A program made the position numbers and the translations under genes. Shown piece by piece: positions 35,810-46,044 of a DNA stretch of 64,000 nucleotides. This DNA is from an uncultured delta proteobacterium (lineage in GTDB: Bacteria > Myxococcota > Myxococcia > Myxococcales > Anaeromyxobacteraceae), in NCBI GenBank assembly GCA_963828255.1, contig CAWHDZ010000030.1, positions 32,001 to 96,000 on the forward strand, in the 5' to 3' direction. Numbering within the stretch: the stretch's first letter is position 1; each line of letters begins with the position of its first letter. The notes under the pieces are model-generated. The model did not search any database. It was not told where the DNA came from and was given only the letters and a program-made list of their open reading frames with translations.

Positions 35810-37680
35810 TCACGGGCTGCAGGTTCCCGCGACGTCGATCGTGCCCGCCACGCCGGAGAGCCCGTCGCTTGCGCTCACCGAGAGTGCGCCGGCGGGCAGC
35901 CACGCTCCACAGGTCCAGCTGTTGCCGCACATGGTGAGGACCGGTTCGCAGGCCGCTCCCGCACAGGTCGCGGCCACCGCCGCCGCCGAGAGGCACCCGC
36001 CCGTCGCCGCCGTGGTGAGGTCGAGCGGGTCGCCGTCGTCGTCCACCACGACGGCGGTCGCCACCGAGGTCTGGACGAACCGCACCTCGTACTCGACGCA
36101 GGTCCCCCGCGGCAGCCCCTCGGTGCAGCAGATGGTCCGGTCGGGAACGCAGGGCATCATCAGCGAGATGCCTTGGGCGGCGAGGTGCGGGGGGCGGTTG
36201 CGGATCTCGAGGCGTGTCTCCTGGGACGGGCCGGCCACGAACGGGTCGGCCGCCGTCGCCGCCAGGGTGTGGACGCCGACGAGCTTGCCGGGGTCTGGAC
36301 GCCCGGTGAACGGCGTGCTGCAGGTGACCCAGGCCGTGCCCTGCCGCTCCACCACCTCGGTGCAGGCCGGGTCGCCTCCGACCGAGGGGAGCAGCGGGTC
36401 GCCGTCGTCGTCCACCCAGGTGGAGAGCGCAGCCTGGGCCGCGTAACGCTGGAACGGGTCCTCGTACCCGTGGTCCACCGACACGGTCGCCACGGCGACG
36501 GCGAGGCGCGGGGGGCGGTTCGTCACCTCCACGTCCCAGCCGGCCGAGGCGCGGGCGCCGTTCGCGTCTGCGACGATCAGTTCCACCCTTCGTGAAACAC
36601 CTGGGCCGATGAGGAGCCCGGCGTCCGACGGCTTCGCGAAGGGCACGACCACGGTGACGCGCGCGTGGTCGCCGAGCCCCTGCACGTCGAGGACGCTCCC
36701 GCCGTCGCCAGAGCGGCTGGAGGTGAACCCCAGCGGGGTCACCGGGTCCCCGTCCGGGTCGCTCCAGGTGGCGACGGGGGTTTCGCCGGTGGCCACGAAC
36801 CGGGCCGAGGCTGCGTCGTAGCCGTGCGGCAGGAGGACCCGGCCGCCTCCCGAGAGGACCGGCGGGCGGTTCCCCACGTCCACCCGCTGACGCCCGACCG
36901 CCACCATGCCGCGGGAGTCGGTCGCAGCCACCACGAATGTGTACCGGCCGGAGATGGCCGTTCCCGAGGTCTCGATCCGGACGGCCGGCTCGGCCGAGGT
37001 GTCGTCGGGGGAGAAGGTGATCCGCGGGACTGGCTGCTGCGCCAGTTCCGGGGGAGCTCGACCGTCCAGCGGTAGGTGAAGGTGACGCCGGACGGGCCGG
37101 AGCCCGCGGCCGCGAGCCCCACCTCCGCCGAGACTCCGTCCCAGGGGGTGCAGGAGATTGGCGTTCCACCGCAGCGGTGCCCGGTCGAGCCGTCGAGCCC
37201 GGCGGTGAGGAGCGGAGGGTCGAGGGTGGGCTCGACGCGCAGCCGGAGCGTCCGCACCGCGCTCGGGAGCCCCATCGAATCCACGACGCCGAGGGAGATC
37301 TCGTGATCGCCGGCGCAGGGGAAGACCACCGAGAAGTCGGCGCTGGCGCCCGTGCCCGGGAGCGGTTCGCAGCCGGTGGAGCCGGCCGGCGGCGTGGCCT
37401 TCCAGGACCAGGCGGCGATGCTGTCACCCGGGTCGTCGTCCTGGCTGCCCGTTCCGCGGAAGAGGAGCGGCCGGTTCGAGCCCGCCGTGGAGGGGGGATC
37501 GATCACGGCGACGGGGGGCGCGTTGGCGACGCAGCTCCCCGATCGGCACCAGGAACCGGAAGGGCAGGGAGTGGAGGCCGAGCAGGCCGCCGGGGAGGGC
37601 AGATCACCGCACCCCGCCAGGACGAGCGCGAACGTCACGAACACGAGAGGGGCGCGCAGTCGCGCCAGGCAGGTGCCCAC
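35810..37680 (-). CDS. Cys-rich lipoprotein with PKD/Ig-like repeats (apparent frameshift near 37050)
   Basis: Lipobox LAGC; repeated N(R/A)PP and DxDGDP motifs; adding one base to the G5 run at 37050-37054 restores a single ORF. Confidence 0.65.
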
Positions 37681-37929
37681 TGGGTACCCCTTTTGGAGGT
37701 GTAGGAGGAAGTGTTTAGTATGGAGCCGACGCCGCGTCACGGCCGACAGATGCGAAAGCCATTCCGAGCCATTTCCCCGATGCGGACAGGGGACGACCCG
37801 GTCGCCCCCGTGCGAGGCGCGGACTTCGGGTCCGCGGTGCGGACGGTCGAGGCGCCGGACCGGCCCGGAACCGGGGCCAGTCCCGATCGCACGCCGATTG
37901 CATCCGGTATCGGCGGGAATCGCACTGGA

Positions 37930-38919
37930 ATGCTCGGGACCGTCCTCGCCCTGCTCCTCGCCACGTCGGCGGCAGCCGCCGCGCCGCCACCTGTCCCCTC
38001 GCCGTTCCCCGACCTCGAGGCCGCCCACGTGGCCGCCGAGGCGGCGGTCCGTTCCGGGGACTACCGCTCCGCCGCGGCCCGATACCGCGACGTCCTGGCC
38101 GACCTCGAATCGCGCCGGGCCGTGGACGCGCCCGAGGCCGAGTGGACGCGAACGCTCCTGAAGCTCGCCGTCGTCGAGTCCACGCTCGGTCACGCGGAAG
38201 CCTCCCGCACCGCCATGGAGCGGGTCCTCGCGCTCGACCCCGCCTTCCGGCTCGATCCCGAGCTCTTCTCGCCGGCCTTCCGGCGCGAGTTCGAGGCGGC
38301 CCGCGGCCGGGTCGCGCTGCGGCCGCGCTTCCGCCTCCTCGTGACGACGCGCGACGGCTCGGGACAGGGGTACGTTCAGGGGCGGCCGCTCGGCCCGGTG
38401 CCGGTGGAGGCCCGGCTCCCGGCCGGAAGCTACCGGGTGGGCGTCCAGGCCGGGAGCGAGGTGCGCACCCTCACGGTGGATCTCGCGCGCGACGAGACCG
38501 TGATCGTGGACGCCACCGTTCCACCCCCCACCTTGGCAGGAGCAGCTGCGCCGAAGGCTCCTCCCGTGACGCCGGTCGCCGCGGAGCCATCCCCGGCCGA
38601 CGGGTGGGTGCGCCCGGCTGCCTGGGCCACCACCGGGCTCGCGGTGGCGGCGGCGGGAATCGCCACCTGGCAGGGGATCGCGGCGGCCGGGTCCTACGCG
38701 GACGCGACCGGGATGCTCCAGCCCGACGGTTCGCTCAAGCCGGGAGTCGATCCGGCCGCCTACGCAGCCGCGGCCTCCGCCTACCAGTCGGAACGTCGCA
38801 ACGCCTGGATCGCCGGGGGGAGCGCGCTCGTCCTCGGAGTGGGGGCCACGGTGCTGTGGCTGCTCGTCCCGTCGTCAGCGGTGGAACCCGCTCCGGGGGG
38901 GCTGGCCGTCCGCTTCTAG
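37930..38919 (+). CDS. TPR/PEGA domain protein
   Basis: Signal peptide, helical repeats, PEGA-like 'YVQGRPLG.VP....LPAGSYRV', C-terminal TMs. Confidence 0.7.
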   Translation: MLGTVLALLLATSAAAAAPPPVPSPFPDLEAAHVAAEAAVRSGDYRSAAARYRDVLADLESRRAVDAPEAEWTRTLLKLAVVESTLGHAEASRTAMERVLALDPAFRLDPELFSPAFRREFEAARGRVALRPRFRLLVTTRDGSGQGYVQGRPLGPVPVEARLPAGSYRVGVQAGSEVRTLTVDLARDETVIVDATVPPPTLAGAAAPKAPPVTPVAAEPSPADGWVRPAAWATTGLAVAAAGIATWQGIAAAGSYADATGMLQPDGSLKPGVDPAAYAAAASAYQSERRNAWIAGGSALVLGVGATVLWLLVPSSAVEPAPGGLAVRF

Positions 38920-40209
38920 CCGGGGCATCGCCGACGCCGGGGGGAGGGCCCCCTTCGCGGCAGCGAGCCCCTCCTCGAGAACCCGGGACAGCTCAGGCCC
39001 GAGGTAGGTTCTCTTCGCCTCGCCGGCGCGGGCCCGGACTCCCTCCGCGGTCTCCACGTACCCGACGTAGTCGCCGACGAGCGACACCACCTCGGCGCCC
39101 GGGCCGAGCGCGCTGCGCCAGGCGCTCCCCACGGCCTCGCCCGGCTCGGCGGGAACCGCGAGGAGCGTGGCCGGTCCGATCCGCAGCGCGACGACGCCGG
39201 TCCGCTCGGGCAGCCAGTTCCAGAGGAGGTTCGAGAGAAGACGGTCCAGGAAGGGTGGAACCGCTCCGAACGACGGAGCCGGCAGGGAGACCTCCGCCGC
39301 GGCGGCCGCCAGCTCCGGCATTGCGTCACCTGGAGGGAAGGGGAGCCTCCGGACCTCGTCGGCGACGAGCCGTCCGTAGGCCAGCTGGGGTGGACCGCCC
39401 TGCGGAGCCGGGAGCACCCAGGTCTGGTCCCCCACCGCGCCTTGCATGAAGACCGTCACGCCGGAAAGTTCCCGGGCCAGCACACCCGGCCACTCGCCGG
39501 AGAGGAGCCGGTTCCGGCTCGCGCGCGTCGTGGCGTGGGCGGGGAAGACGACCAGCTGCCCCACCACCTCCCCGCCGGGGCGCTCGACACGGACGACGAG
39601 CAGGTGCCCACCGGCCGCTCCCCCGTCCCGGTTGCGGACGAGATCCTCCCGCCGGGAGCTGGCCACCGCGATCTTCGCCGGGGCCCTCGCCGCCCAGGCC
39701 GCGCGGATCGCGCCGGCGATGCTCCCTGCCAGCGCGTCCTCGGTCGCCGGGTCGTACGGGCCCGTGCCGAATCGGGCGCCGAGCAGGTCGTCCCAGAAGC
39801 CGCCCGGGCCGGAGTGGGTGTGGGTCGCGGCCAGGAGGATCGCGTCGAGCCGGAGGTCGCCGAGCCGGGCCTCGACCTTGCGGCGCAGCGCCGCCGGGAC
39901 GAGCAGGACGTCCACCGACGCGATCGCGACCGAGAGGCCGGGCTCGCCGAGGACGATGGCCCGGGCCATGGGCTCGTCCTCCACCCCCTCGCTCGCGTAA
40001 CGGAAGCGCGGATAGCCCCCGATCGGGATCCCCGGGGGGGTGGGGAGGGGGACGGCGGCGGCGCCGGCCGAGAGCGGTCCCGCCCCGCGGGCAGCCCACG
40101 CCACGCGCGGCGCTTCCGGTTCCCGTGACCCGCGAACCGGAAAAATGGCGAGAATCAGGAGGGTTGCGCCGATGGCGGCCAAGGTCCACGCGGTGAGCCT
40201 TTTCAGCAC
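38875..40209 (-). CDS. Neutral/alkaline ceramidase-like protein
   Basis: [26 protein letters not shown]. Confidence 0.75.
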   Translation of the reverse strand: MLKRLTAWTLAAIGATLLILAIFPVRGSREPEAPRVAWAARGAGPLSAGAAAVPLPTPPGIPIGGYPRFRYASEGVEDEPMARAIVLGEPGLSVAIASVDVLLVPAALRRKVEARLGDLRLDAILLAATHTHSGPGGFWDDLLGARFGTGPYDPATEDALAGSIAGAIRAAWAARAPAKIAVASSRREDLVRNRDGGAAGGHLLVVRVERPGGEVVGQLVVFPAHATTRASRNRLLSGEWPGVLARELSGVTVFMQGAVGDQTWVLPAPQGGPPQLAYGRLVADEVRRLPFPPGDAMPELAAAAAEVSLPAPSFGAVPPFLDRLLSNLLWNWLPERTGVVALRIGPATLLAVPAEPGEAVGSAWRSALGPGAEVVSLVGDYVGYVETAEGVRARAGEAKRTYLGPELSRVLEEGLAAAKGALPPASAMPRLEADGQPPRSGFHR

Positions 40210-40233
40210 CCAACCGTTATACTGCGGCGCCTC

Positions 40234-41688
40234 ATGGGATACGACGCAGCGTTCGACAAGCTCAAGGACGAGTGCGGGGTCTTCGGGATCTGGGCGCTCG
40301 GGGGCGACCTCGACGCCGCCAACTTCACCTACCTCGGCCTTCACGCGCTCCAGCACCGGGGCCAGGAGTCGGCCGGCATCGTGGCCACGGACGGCAAGAC
40401 CCTGCACGTGCACCGGGGCATGGGGCTCGTCGCCGACATCTTCACCGCCCCGGTCCTCGAGACGCTGAAGGGCGGGGCGGCCATCGGCCACGTCCGCTAC
40501 TCGACCGCGGGCGCGAGTCATCTGAAAAACGCCCAGCCCATCGCCATCCAGTACTCCGGTGGCGCCCTCGCCCTGGCCCACAACGGCAACCTGGTCAACG
40601 CCGAGCAGTTGCGCAACGACCTCGAGGCGGCCGGCTCCATCTTCCAGACCACGAGCGACACCGAGGTCCTGGTCCACCTCATGGCCCGGGCCCGCACCGA
40701 GCACCGCCCGGGGACGCGGGAGCACCTGCTGGCCGCGCTTCGCCAGGCCCTCGGGAAGGTGCAGGGGGCCTACAGCCTGGTGCTCCTCACCGAGAAGGCG
40801 CTCGTCGGGGTCCGCGACCCCATGGGCTTCCGCCCGCTCGTCATCGGGAGGCTGAAGGGCAGCTACGTGCTGGCCAGCGAGACCACCGCGCTCGACCTCA
40901 TCGAGGCCGAGTACATCCGCGAGGTCGAGCCGGGCGAGCTGGTGGTCATCGACGAGACCGGCTTCCACGCCGAGCGGCTCTTCACCACCCCCGCCCCGGA
41001 GCGGAGCGGTCGATGCGTCTTCGAGCACATCTACTTCGCGCGCCCCGACTCGGTGCTCTTCGGAAGGTCGGTCTACGCCACCCGCGACGCCTTCGGGGCC
41101 CGCCTCGCCGCCGAGCAGCCCGCCGATGCCGACCTGGTCATCCCGGTGCCCGACTCGGGCGTGCCGGCCGCCATCGGCTACTCCAAGGCGAGCGGCATCC
41201 CATTCGCCATGGGGCTGGTCCGCTCCCACTACGTGGGGCGCACCTTCATCGAGCCGGCCCAGTCCATCCGCCACTTCGGCGTGAAGCTGAAGCTGAACGC
41301 CGTGAAGGACATGCTGAAGGGCAAGCGGCTCGTCGTGGTGGACGATTCGGTGGTGCGCGGCACCACCTCCCGCAAGATCGTGAAGATGCTGCGCAACGCC
41401 GGGGCCACCGAGGTGCACATGCGCATCTCGTCGCCGCCCACCGCCTGGCCCTGCTACTACGGCATCGACACGCCCAACCGGCAGGAACTCATCGCCAGCT
41501 CGCACAGCGTCGAGGAGATCGCCCGCTACATCACCGCCGACTCGCTCGGCTACCTGTCACCCGACGGGCTCTACGCGGCGCTCGGCGAGGACCGGTCGCG
41601 CTACTGCGACGCCTGCTTCTCCGGCGACTACCTGATCGAGTTCCCCAAGTCGAGGCCGCAGGCCCCGCTCCGGCTCGTGGGGGCGTGA
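40234..41688 (+). CDS. purF: Amidophosphoribosyltransferase
   Basis: [29 protein letters not shown]. Confidence 0.97.
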   Translation: MGYDAAFDKLKDECGVFGIWALGGDLDAANFTYLGLHALQHRGQESAGIVATDGKTLHVHRGMGLVADIFTAPVLETLKGGAAIGHVRYSTAGASHLKNAQPIAIQYSGGALALAHNGNLVNAEQLRNDLEAAGSIFQTTSDTEVLVHLMARARTEHRPGTREHLLAALRQALGKVQGAYSLVLLTEKALVGVRDPMGFRPLVIGRLKGSYVLASETTALDLIEAEYIREVEPGELVVIDETGFHAERLFTTPAPERSGRCVFEHIYFARPDSVLFGRSVYATRDAFGARLAAEQPADADLVIPVPDSGVPAAIGYSKASGIPFAMGLVRSHYVGRTFIEPAQSIRHFGVKLKLNAVKDMLKGKRLVVVDDSVVRGTTSRKIVKMLRNAGATEVHMRISSPPTAWPCYYGIDTPNRQELIASSHSVEEIARYITADSLGYLSPDGLYAALGEDRSRYCDACFSGDYLIEFPKSRPQAPLRLVGA

Positions 41689-41708
41689 GGCCGGACCGTC
41701 CGTGCGGG

Positions 41709-42089
41709 TCAGGCGAGTCGCAGCGGGAGGTGCCGCGCCATCCGTGCGAAGACGCCGTCCTCGGTGAGCAGCGCCCCGCCGAGGTCGAGCGTGCACTGCG
41801 CCACGTGGGCGTCGGGCGTGGAGACCGACAGTCCCTTCACCGCCAGTGATCTCCGCAGCCGTCCGACCCGGAACCAGTGGTCCCGGTCGGCCGCGCAGAG
41901 GGGAAGATCGGAGAGGAGCTCCTCCAGCGCGCGGCGCTGGCGCGGGACCAGCCTGCCGGAGAGCAGCTCCGCGGCGACGACCGGCGGGAGGTGCGCGCGC
42001 CCCTCCCCGAGCGCCTCCTCCAGGAGGTCTCCCTCGCCTCGCCCGAGGTAGGTGACCCAGCTCGAGGTGTCAACGACGAGCGCGCTCAC
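41709..42089 (-). CDS. vapC: VapC PIN-domain toxin
   Basis: VDTSSW, AEL, DAHVA, LLTED..F. Confidence 0.85.
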   Translation of the reverse strand: MSALVVDTSSWVTYLGRGEGDLLEEALGEGRAHLPPVVAAELLSGRLVPRQRRALEELLSDLPLCAADRDHWFRVGRLRRSLAVKGLSVSTPDAHVAQCTLDLGGALLTEDGVFARMARHLPLRLA

Positions 42090-42294
42090 GCGAGACCTCC
42101 AGATCGAGATCGAGCCTGAGCTTGCCGCGAAGCGCCCGCGCCCTCTTCGCGGCGGCCGAGCGGCGGACCATCTCCAGCCCGATCGTGAGGGTCTCGGTGA
42201 TCCCCTCGCCGGTGACCGAGCAAGCCTTGCGGAGGAGATCGGAATCGAGGTTCGCGGTGATCCGGCGCGTGCCGGGCGGGGAGGCGATGGCCAT
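42070..42294 (-). CDS. vapB: VapB-type antitoxin
   Basis: Small RHH-like protein (RITANLDSDLL) overlapping the vapC start. Confidence 0.75.
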   Translation of the reverse strand: MAIASPPGTRRITANLDSDLLRKACSVTGEGITETLTIGLEMVRRSAAAKRARALRGKLRLDLDLEVSRERARR

Positions 42295-42301
42295 ATGTGC
42301 G

Positions 42302-42319
42302 TTCATACCGAAATATGAA
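42302..42319. promoter_or_regulatory. vapBC operator palindrome
   Basis: TTCATA-CCGAAA-TATGAA directly upstream of vapB. Confidence 0.6.
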
Positions 42320-42352
42320 TGCAGGCGCCATGCCCAGCGGGCCCAGAAAATC

Positions 42353-42396
42353 GAAGCCGGCGGCCCGGGATTCAGGGGTCCCGGACGGCCGGCTTC
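42353..42396. terminator. Hairpin, probably a bidirectional terminator
   Basis: GAAGCCGG...CCGGCTTC stem, flanked by AAAA on the left and TTT on the right. Confidence 0.55.
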
Positions 42397-42433
42397 TTTC
42401 GCCCCGTGACCGGGGCCACTGCCTCCCAGGGAT

Positions 42434-42628
42434 CTACCCGTGGTTGACGGCCGCGGAAGCCGCCGAGGCCACCGGCCGGTCCAGGGAGGCGGTGCGGTGA
42501 GACGTCGAGATCTGGACGACGAAGGCGCCGAGGACGAGGGCGAGGAAGCTGACCACGAAGAGGTCCTTCCAGCCGCGTCCCTTGCCGAGCTTGCCGAAGT
42601 GGATCGTGTTCTGGATCTGGGTCGTCAT
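42434..42628 (-). CDS. Small single-TM protein, paralogue A (64 aa)
   Basis: GGAGA RBS; MTTQIQNTIHF...GWKDLFVVSFLALVLGAFVVQIS; homologous to 42955-43146. Confidence 0.75.
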   Translation of the reverse strand: MTTQIQNTIHFGKLGKGRGWKDLFVVSFLALVLGAFVVQISTSHRTASLDRPVASAASAAVNHG

Positions 42629-42763
42629 GGCGCTCTCCGTTCCGCGTCTGGGTCCTGCACTCCGTACGCAGTCCTGGAGGCGCGATTTCGGAACATGTGA
42701 CGGCCGAAGGGTGGAACCTGGCGTGATCCGGAAAAAGACGAGGCACTGCGGCATGTTGGCCGG

Positions 42764-42872
42764 GTGAACCCCGGCTTCAAAGATCTGCTCGCCGCGTCGA
42801 ACGCCGAGGGAGCCGAGGTCCTCCTCGTCGGGGGCCATTCACTCGCCGTGCATGCCACGCCGCGCTTCACCT
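42764..42872 (+). pseudogene. N-terminal remnant of a nucleotidyltransferase-like gene
   Basis: MNPGFKDLLAA..AEVLLVGGHSLAVHATPRFT, truncated before the DxD motif. Confidence 0.5.
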
Positions 42873-42954
42873 CCCGACCCGGCACGAAAACGGCCACCCC
42901 GGCGGGTGCCGAGGTGGCCTCATCGCCCCCCGTGGGGCTACCCACCGGAGATCG

Positions 42955-43146
42955 CTAGCCGTTCGTGGAGACGGTCGCGGAAACCGCCGCCATCGGCAGC
43001 GAGCCGGAGGAGTGCTTCGGAGTCGAGGAGATCTGGGCGACGAAGGCGCCGAGGACGATGGCGAGGGAGGCGACCACGAAGAGGTCGTTCCAGCCGTGGG
43101 ACTTCGAGACGTTGAAGCGAATCGAGTTCTGGTTCCGGGTCGTCAT
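42955..43146 (-). CDS. Small single-TM protein, paralogue B (63 aa)
   Basis: GGAGA RBS; MTTRNQNSIRF...GWNDLFVVASLAIVLGAFVAQIS. Confidence 0.75.
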   Translation of the reverse strand: MTTRNQNSIRFNVSKSHGWNDLFVVASLAIVLGAFVAQISSTPKHSSGSLPMAAVSATVSTNG

Positions 43147-43259
43147 GGCGTTCTCCGTTCCGCGTCGGGGGTTCGAAAGCCTCTTGTGTGAATGGAGGCA
43201 GTGGCCAGGGAAGTGTGACCGGAATCGGGAAAGCATAGTCGTTACAGGCGTTTATAGGC

Positions 43260-43791
43260 TTCCCCGCGCCCCGCTCCGCCATCGACTCGGAGGCGTGGGG
43301 TACTCCACGGGTGAAGAGGTCCATGTGCGCGTCGCCGTAGACCTGGCGGGCGGCCTCCCTGTTGTGGACGTCGCAGAGGACCCTGCAGTTCTCCACCGTG
43401 GAGGGCCCACCCTTCCCGCGAGGGACCACGTGGTCGATCTCCGTCCGCACCTCCGATCCGCAGACCCCACCCGAATCGATCTTCCACTGGCACTTGCCCT
43501 CGTCCCGTTTGCGCACCTCCCGCTTCACCTTGGGTGGAACGCTGGCCCGCCGCTTCTCCTGCTGGGCGAGCAGGAGGTCCAGCGCCGCCTCCAGCACCTG
43601 CTCGTCCTCCGCGCCGGGCTGCACGCGCGACTGCCCGGCCCTGGCCTTCCGGAGCTTCCCGACGAACACCCTCGACACCGTGAGGTGGAGCCGGCTCATC
43701 GTGGAGGTGAGCGGCTCGACCACGGTCCTCGCCGGTTCCCGCGCGGGTATTGGCGCAGGCGCCGGCGCAGTCGCCGAAAGTTCACCCGGAT
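43260..43791 (-). pseudogene. 3' half of an HNH endonuclease gene (3' boundary approximate)
   Basis: RDEGKCQW...C...EIDHVVPRGKGGPSTVENCRVLCDVHN; begins exactly at the IS end. Confidence 0.8.
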
Positions 43792-45273
43792 CTCATCATT
43801 GATCACATCTCTCGCGCGCCTGCCAGCCGAGCTGAATCAGGAGAAGCGCGTCGTAGCCACGTCCGAGTACGAGCCACCCAGGGGGGCCGTTGTTCTTGAT
43901 GTGGCCGCCAAGGGCGGCGACGGCGAGGAGCACGTCTTTCGCCGTCGCCTTGCGCGGGACCTGGAGTCGCGGCAATCCGTCTGGGTGCGCTTCGGAAAGC
44001 GCTTGGAGCAATCGGACCTGCTGCGGGCTGACGGCGTGAGTCGCAGGCGCATCCGGCGCCAGGTTCGCGACGGTGCGCAGAACGAGCAGTCGCCAGGCAA
44101 TCACGGAGAACATCGCGAGCGCGTTTACGAGCGTCCGCAGCGATTCCAGTTGGCGCTTCTCCAGGGAGCACCCGGTCTTCAGCGCCTTGAAGAACTCTTC
44201 GATGCGCCACCGCGCCCTGTAGGCGTCAACGACTGCCTCGACCTGTTCCGGCGTGCCGATTGGTTCCGTCGTGAGAAGACGCCAGCAGACAGGCTCCTGC
44301 CCGGTGGGTGGATCGGGCTCGACGACCGTGACGACGTTTACGCTGAGCGACTCCGGATACCCGGTCTTGAACCGGGGTCGGGTCGGACGTGGAAGCGTGA
44401 ATGTGGCCGCCCGCAGTTCGAGGCGCGCCGTCCTCTCGCACCTGGGCGGAAACTGCATCCTTGCGGCGCCCGACTTGTGCCGAGGTCGACGGGATATCGG
44501 GACGCATCGAACGGCGTGGACGGGCGCACGTTCGGCCGCCGCAAATAGCTTCTCTGGAGGCTCCGCCAGATTCTTGTCGCGGCCGAGTCGCACGACGAAC
44601 CGGGTGTTCGCGGCGATCAGCCGAGCAAACAGCGTGAATGAATCCGCCTCGCGATCCATGACGTGGATCGCGCAAGGAAACGCAGCGGCGGTCACTCGCA
44701 CCAGGTCCACCCACTTCCTCGACTCACTCAAGTCAGGATTCACATCGCGTTCTCGCGCTGAGATTGTCGAGCGCTTCTCCCAGCTGCGGACGAACGTCTT
44801 GATGCCAGCGACACCGAGGGGCGTCCGCGACTCGTCGCCCGAAATAGCCAGGGCAAAGTGACCAAAGAAACCCTGCTGCGTGTACGAGGTGCCGACGCGC
44901 CCCAACCCCCGGCGACTCGCCTTGCCCGTGAATGCGAACTGGGTCGTGTCGTGCGCGATGACGACAGCGGAACCCTGAGCGCGCTTCAGCGTCTCGGCCA
45001 CGTGCGGCGCAAGGATTCGGGCCGGAGTCACGCGCTCGTTGCGCAGAAACCGATACACGCCCTCGAGTTCGGCATCCGACTTGACCATCGCCGGGAACCC
45101 AGCGCCCGGCGCACGCGCCGCAAAATCGGCGATCCGGGTCAGCCGTCGTGTGAGCCGCTCGTCACCGAACTCCGCGTCGGAGAACTCTGCCGAGGCTTCG
45201 GGAACTCGCGGTCGCGTCATCCAACCCTTTGATCACAGGCGGATCGCTGCCGCAAGATGTGTAGGATCCTGAG
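43792..45273 (-). mobile_element. IS4-family (IS50-like) insertion sequence, 1482 bp
   Basis: 19-bp imperfect terminal IRs CTCATCATTGATCACATCT and CTCAGGATCCTACACATCT, resembling IS50 ends; single transposase; lower GC than the flanks. Confidence 0.9.
43796..45220 (-). CDS. tnp: IS4/IS50-type DDE transposase
   Basis: FGDERL..R, HDTT, DREAD, WRLLT, YRARWRIEEFFKALK (YREK motif). Confidence 0.93.
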   Translation of the reverse strand: MTRPRVPEASAEFSDAEFGDERLTRRLTRIADFAARAPGAGFPAMVKSDAELEGVYRFLRNERVTPARILAPHVAETLKRAQGSAVVIAHDTTQFAFTGKASRRGLGRVGTSYTQQGFFGHFALAISGDESRTPLGVAGIKTFVRSWEKRSTISARERDVNPDLSESRKWVDLVRVTAAAFPCAIHVMDREADSFTLFARLIAANTRFVVRLGRDKNLAEPPEKLFAAAERAPVHAVRCVPISRRPRHKSGAARMQFPPRCERTARLELRAATFTLPRPTRPRFKTGYPESLSVNVVTVVEPDPPTGQEPVCWRLLTTEPIGTPEQVEAVVDAYRARWRIEEFFKALKTGCSLEKRQLESLRTLVNALAMFSVIAWRLLVLRTVANLAPDAPATHAVSPQQVRLLQALSEAHPDGLPRLQVPRKATAKDVLLAVAALGGHIKNNGPPGWLVLGRGYDALLLIQLGWQARERCDQ

Positions 45274-45509
45274 ATCCGGGTGAACTTTTGGCGGCTCCCC
45301 CGGAACCCGCGCGGGAACCGGCGAGGACCGTCGTCGAGCCGCTCACCTCCACGATGAGCCGGCTCCACCTCACCGTGTCGAGGGTGTTCGTCGGGAAGCT
45401 CAGGAAGGCCAGGGCCGGCCAGTCGCACGTGCAGCCCGGCGCGGAGGACGAGCAGGTGCTGGAGGCGGCGCTGGATCTCTTGCTCGCCCAGCAAGAGAAG
45501 CGCCGGGCC
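45274..45509 (+). repeat. Inverted, diverged copy of HNH segment 43544-43791
   Basis: Encodes HPGEL...RTVVEPLTSTMSRLHLTVSR...LLAQQEKRRA; differs from the left copy at several mostly synonymous sites and by a linker indel. Confidence 0.92.
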
Positions 45510-45724
45510 GCCACCTTCCGGTAGTGGGCCGCACCGCGGGAGATGTGAAGCTCCCGGAGCAAGTAGTCGAAGAGGTTGGCGAAGCCGAGCCTCCGGTATG
45601 CCCCCATCCGGTCGAACGCGGAGAGGGCGACGAGGAAGTCTGCGAGGGCGACGTGCTCGCGGCGGAGAAGGTCGGCGAGACGGCGGGAGGATTCGCGGGC
45701 CTGTACGAGGTTCGTGTCGTTCAT
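45503..45724 (-). pseudogene. 5' fragment of the HNH endonuclease family gene
   Basis: MNDT...RLADLLRREHVALADFLVAL..FD...LGFANLFDYL..EL..S.GAAHYRK; fused to the inverted repeat. Confidence 0.7.
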
Positions 45725-46044
45725 GAATCCACCATCTCACAAGAAATTTCGGCCTCGCCAAACGAGCGAGGATGCCCAGGCGAGCGAGATCCCGCGCGGA
45801 GATCTTCGAACCCCGCCGGGAGCGCCGCGCGTCGCCGGAAGGCGCAAAGCGGCCGCCACAGGCTCCTTCCCTGCGCGACGAGTTCGCCGAGGCGCGAATC
45901 ACTCCGGAGGCTGTCAAGCAACTGACAGTGAACGCCCCATCTGCCCGATGGTCCGCGCCGCGGACGTTGCCGCGACAGGGCCGACCCCCCCCACCCCCCG
46001 AAGTGCGCCGGATCCGGATCCTGTGCGACAATCGGGCCCCCCGA

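Noticed and set aside
37690..37925. Riboswitch (for example c-di-GMP) between the lipoprotein and PEGA genes
   Set aside because: Only short GC hairpins and an AGCCATT pair; no aptamer consensus recognised.
42434..43146. Flp/type IV pilin identity for the small proteins
   Set aside because: No G|xxxxEY prepilin motif.
42938..43260. C-terminal extension of the 261-aa HNH ORF
   Set aside because: It reads through the leader and an alternate frame of small protein B; low-complexity and not HNH-like.
43544..45509. Composite transposon with ~240-bp terminal inverted repeats
   Set aside because: The true IS50-like 19-bp ends lie inside these repeats. The long repeats are HNH coding sequence with synonymous divergence.
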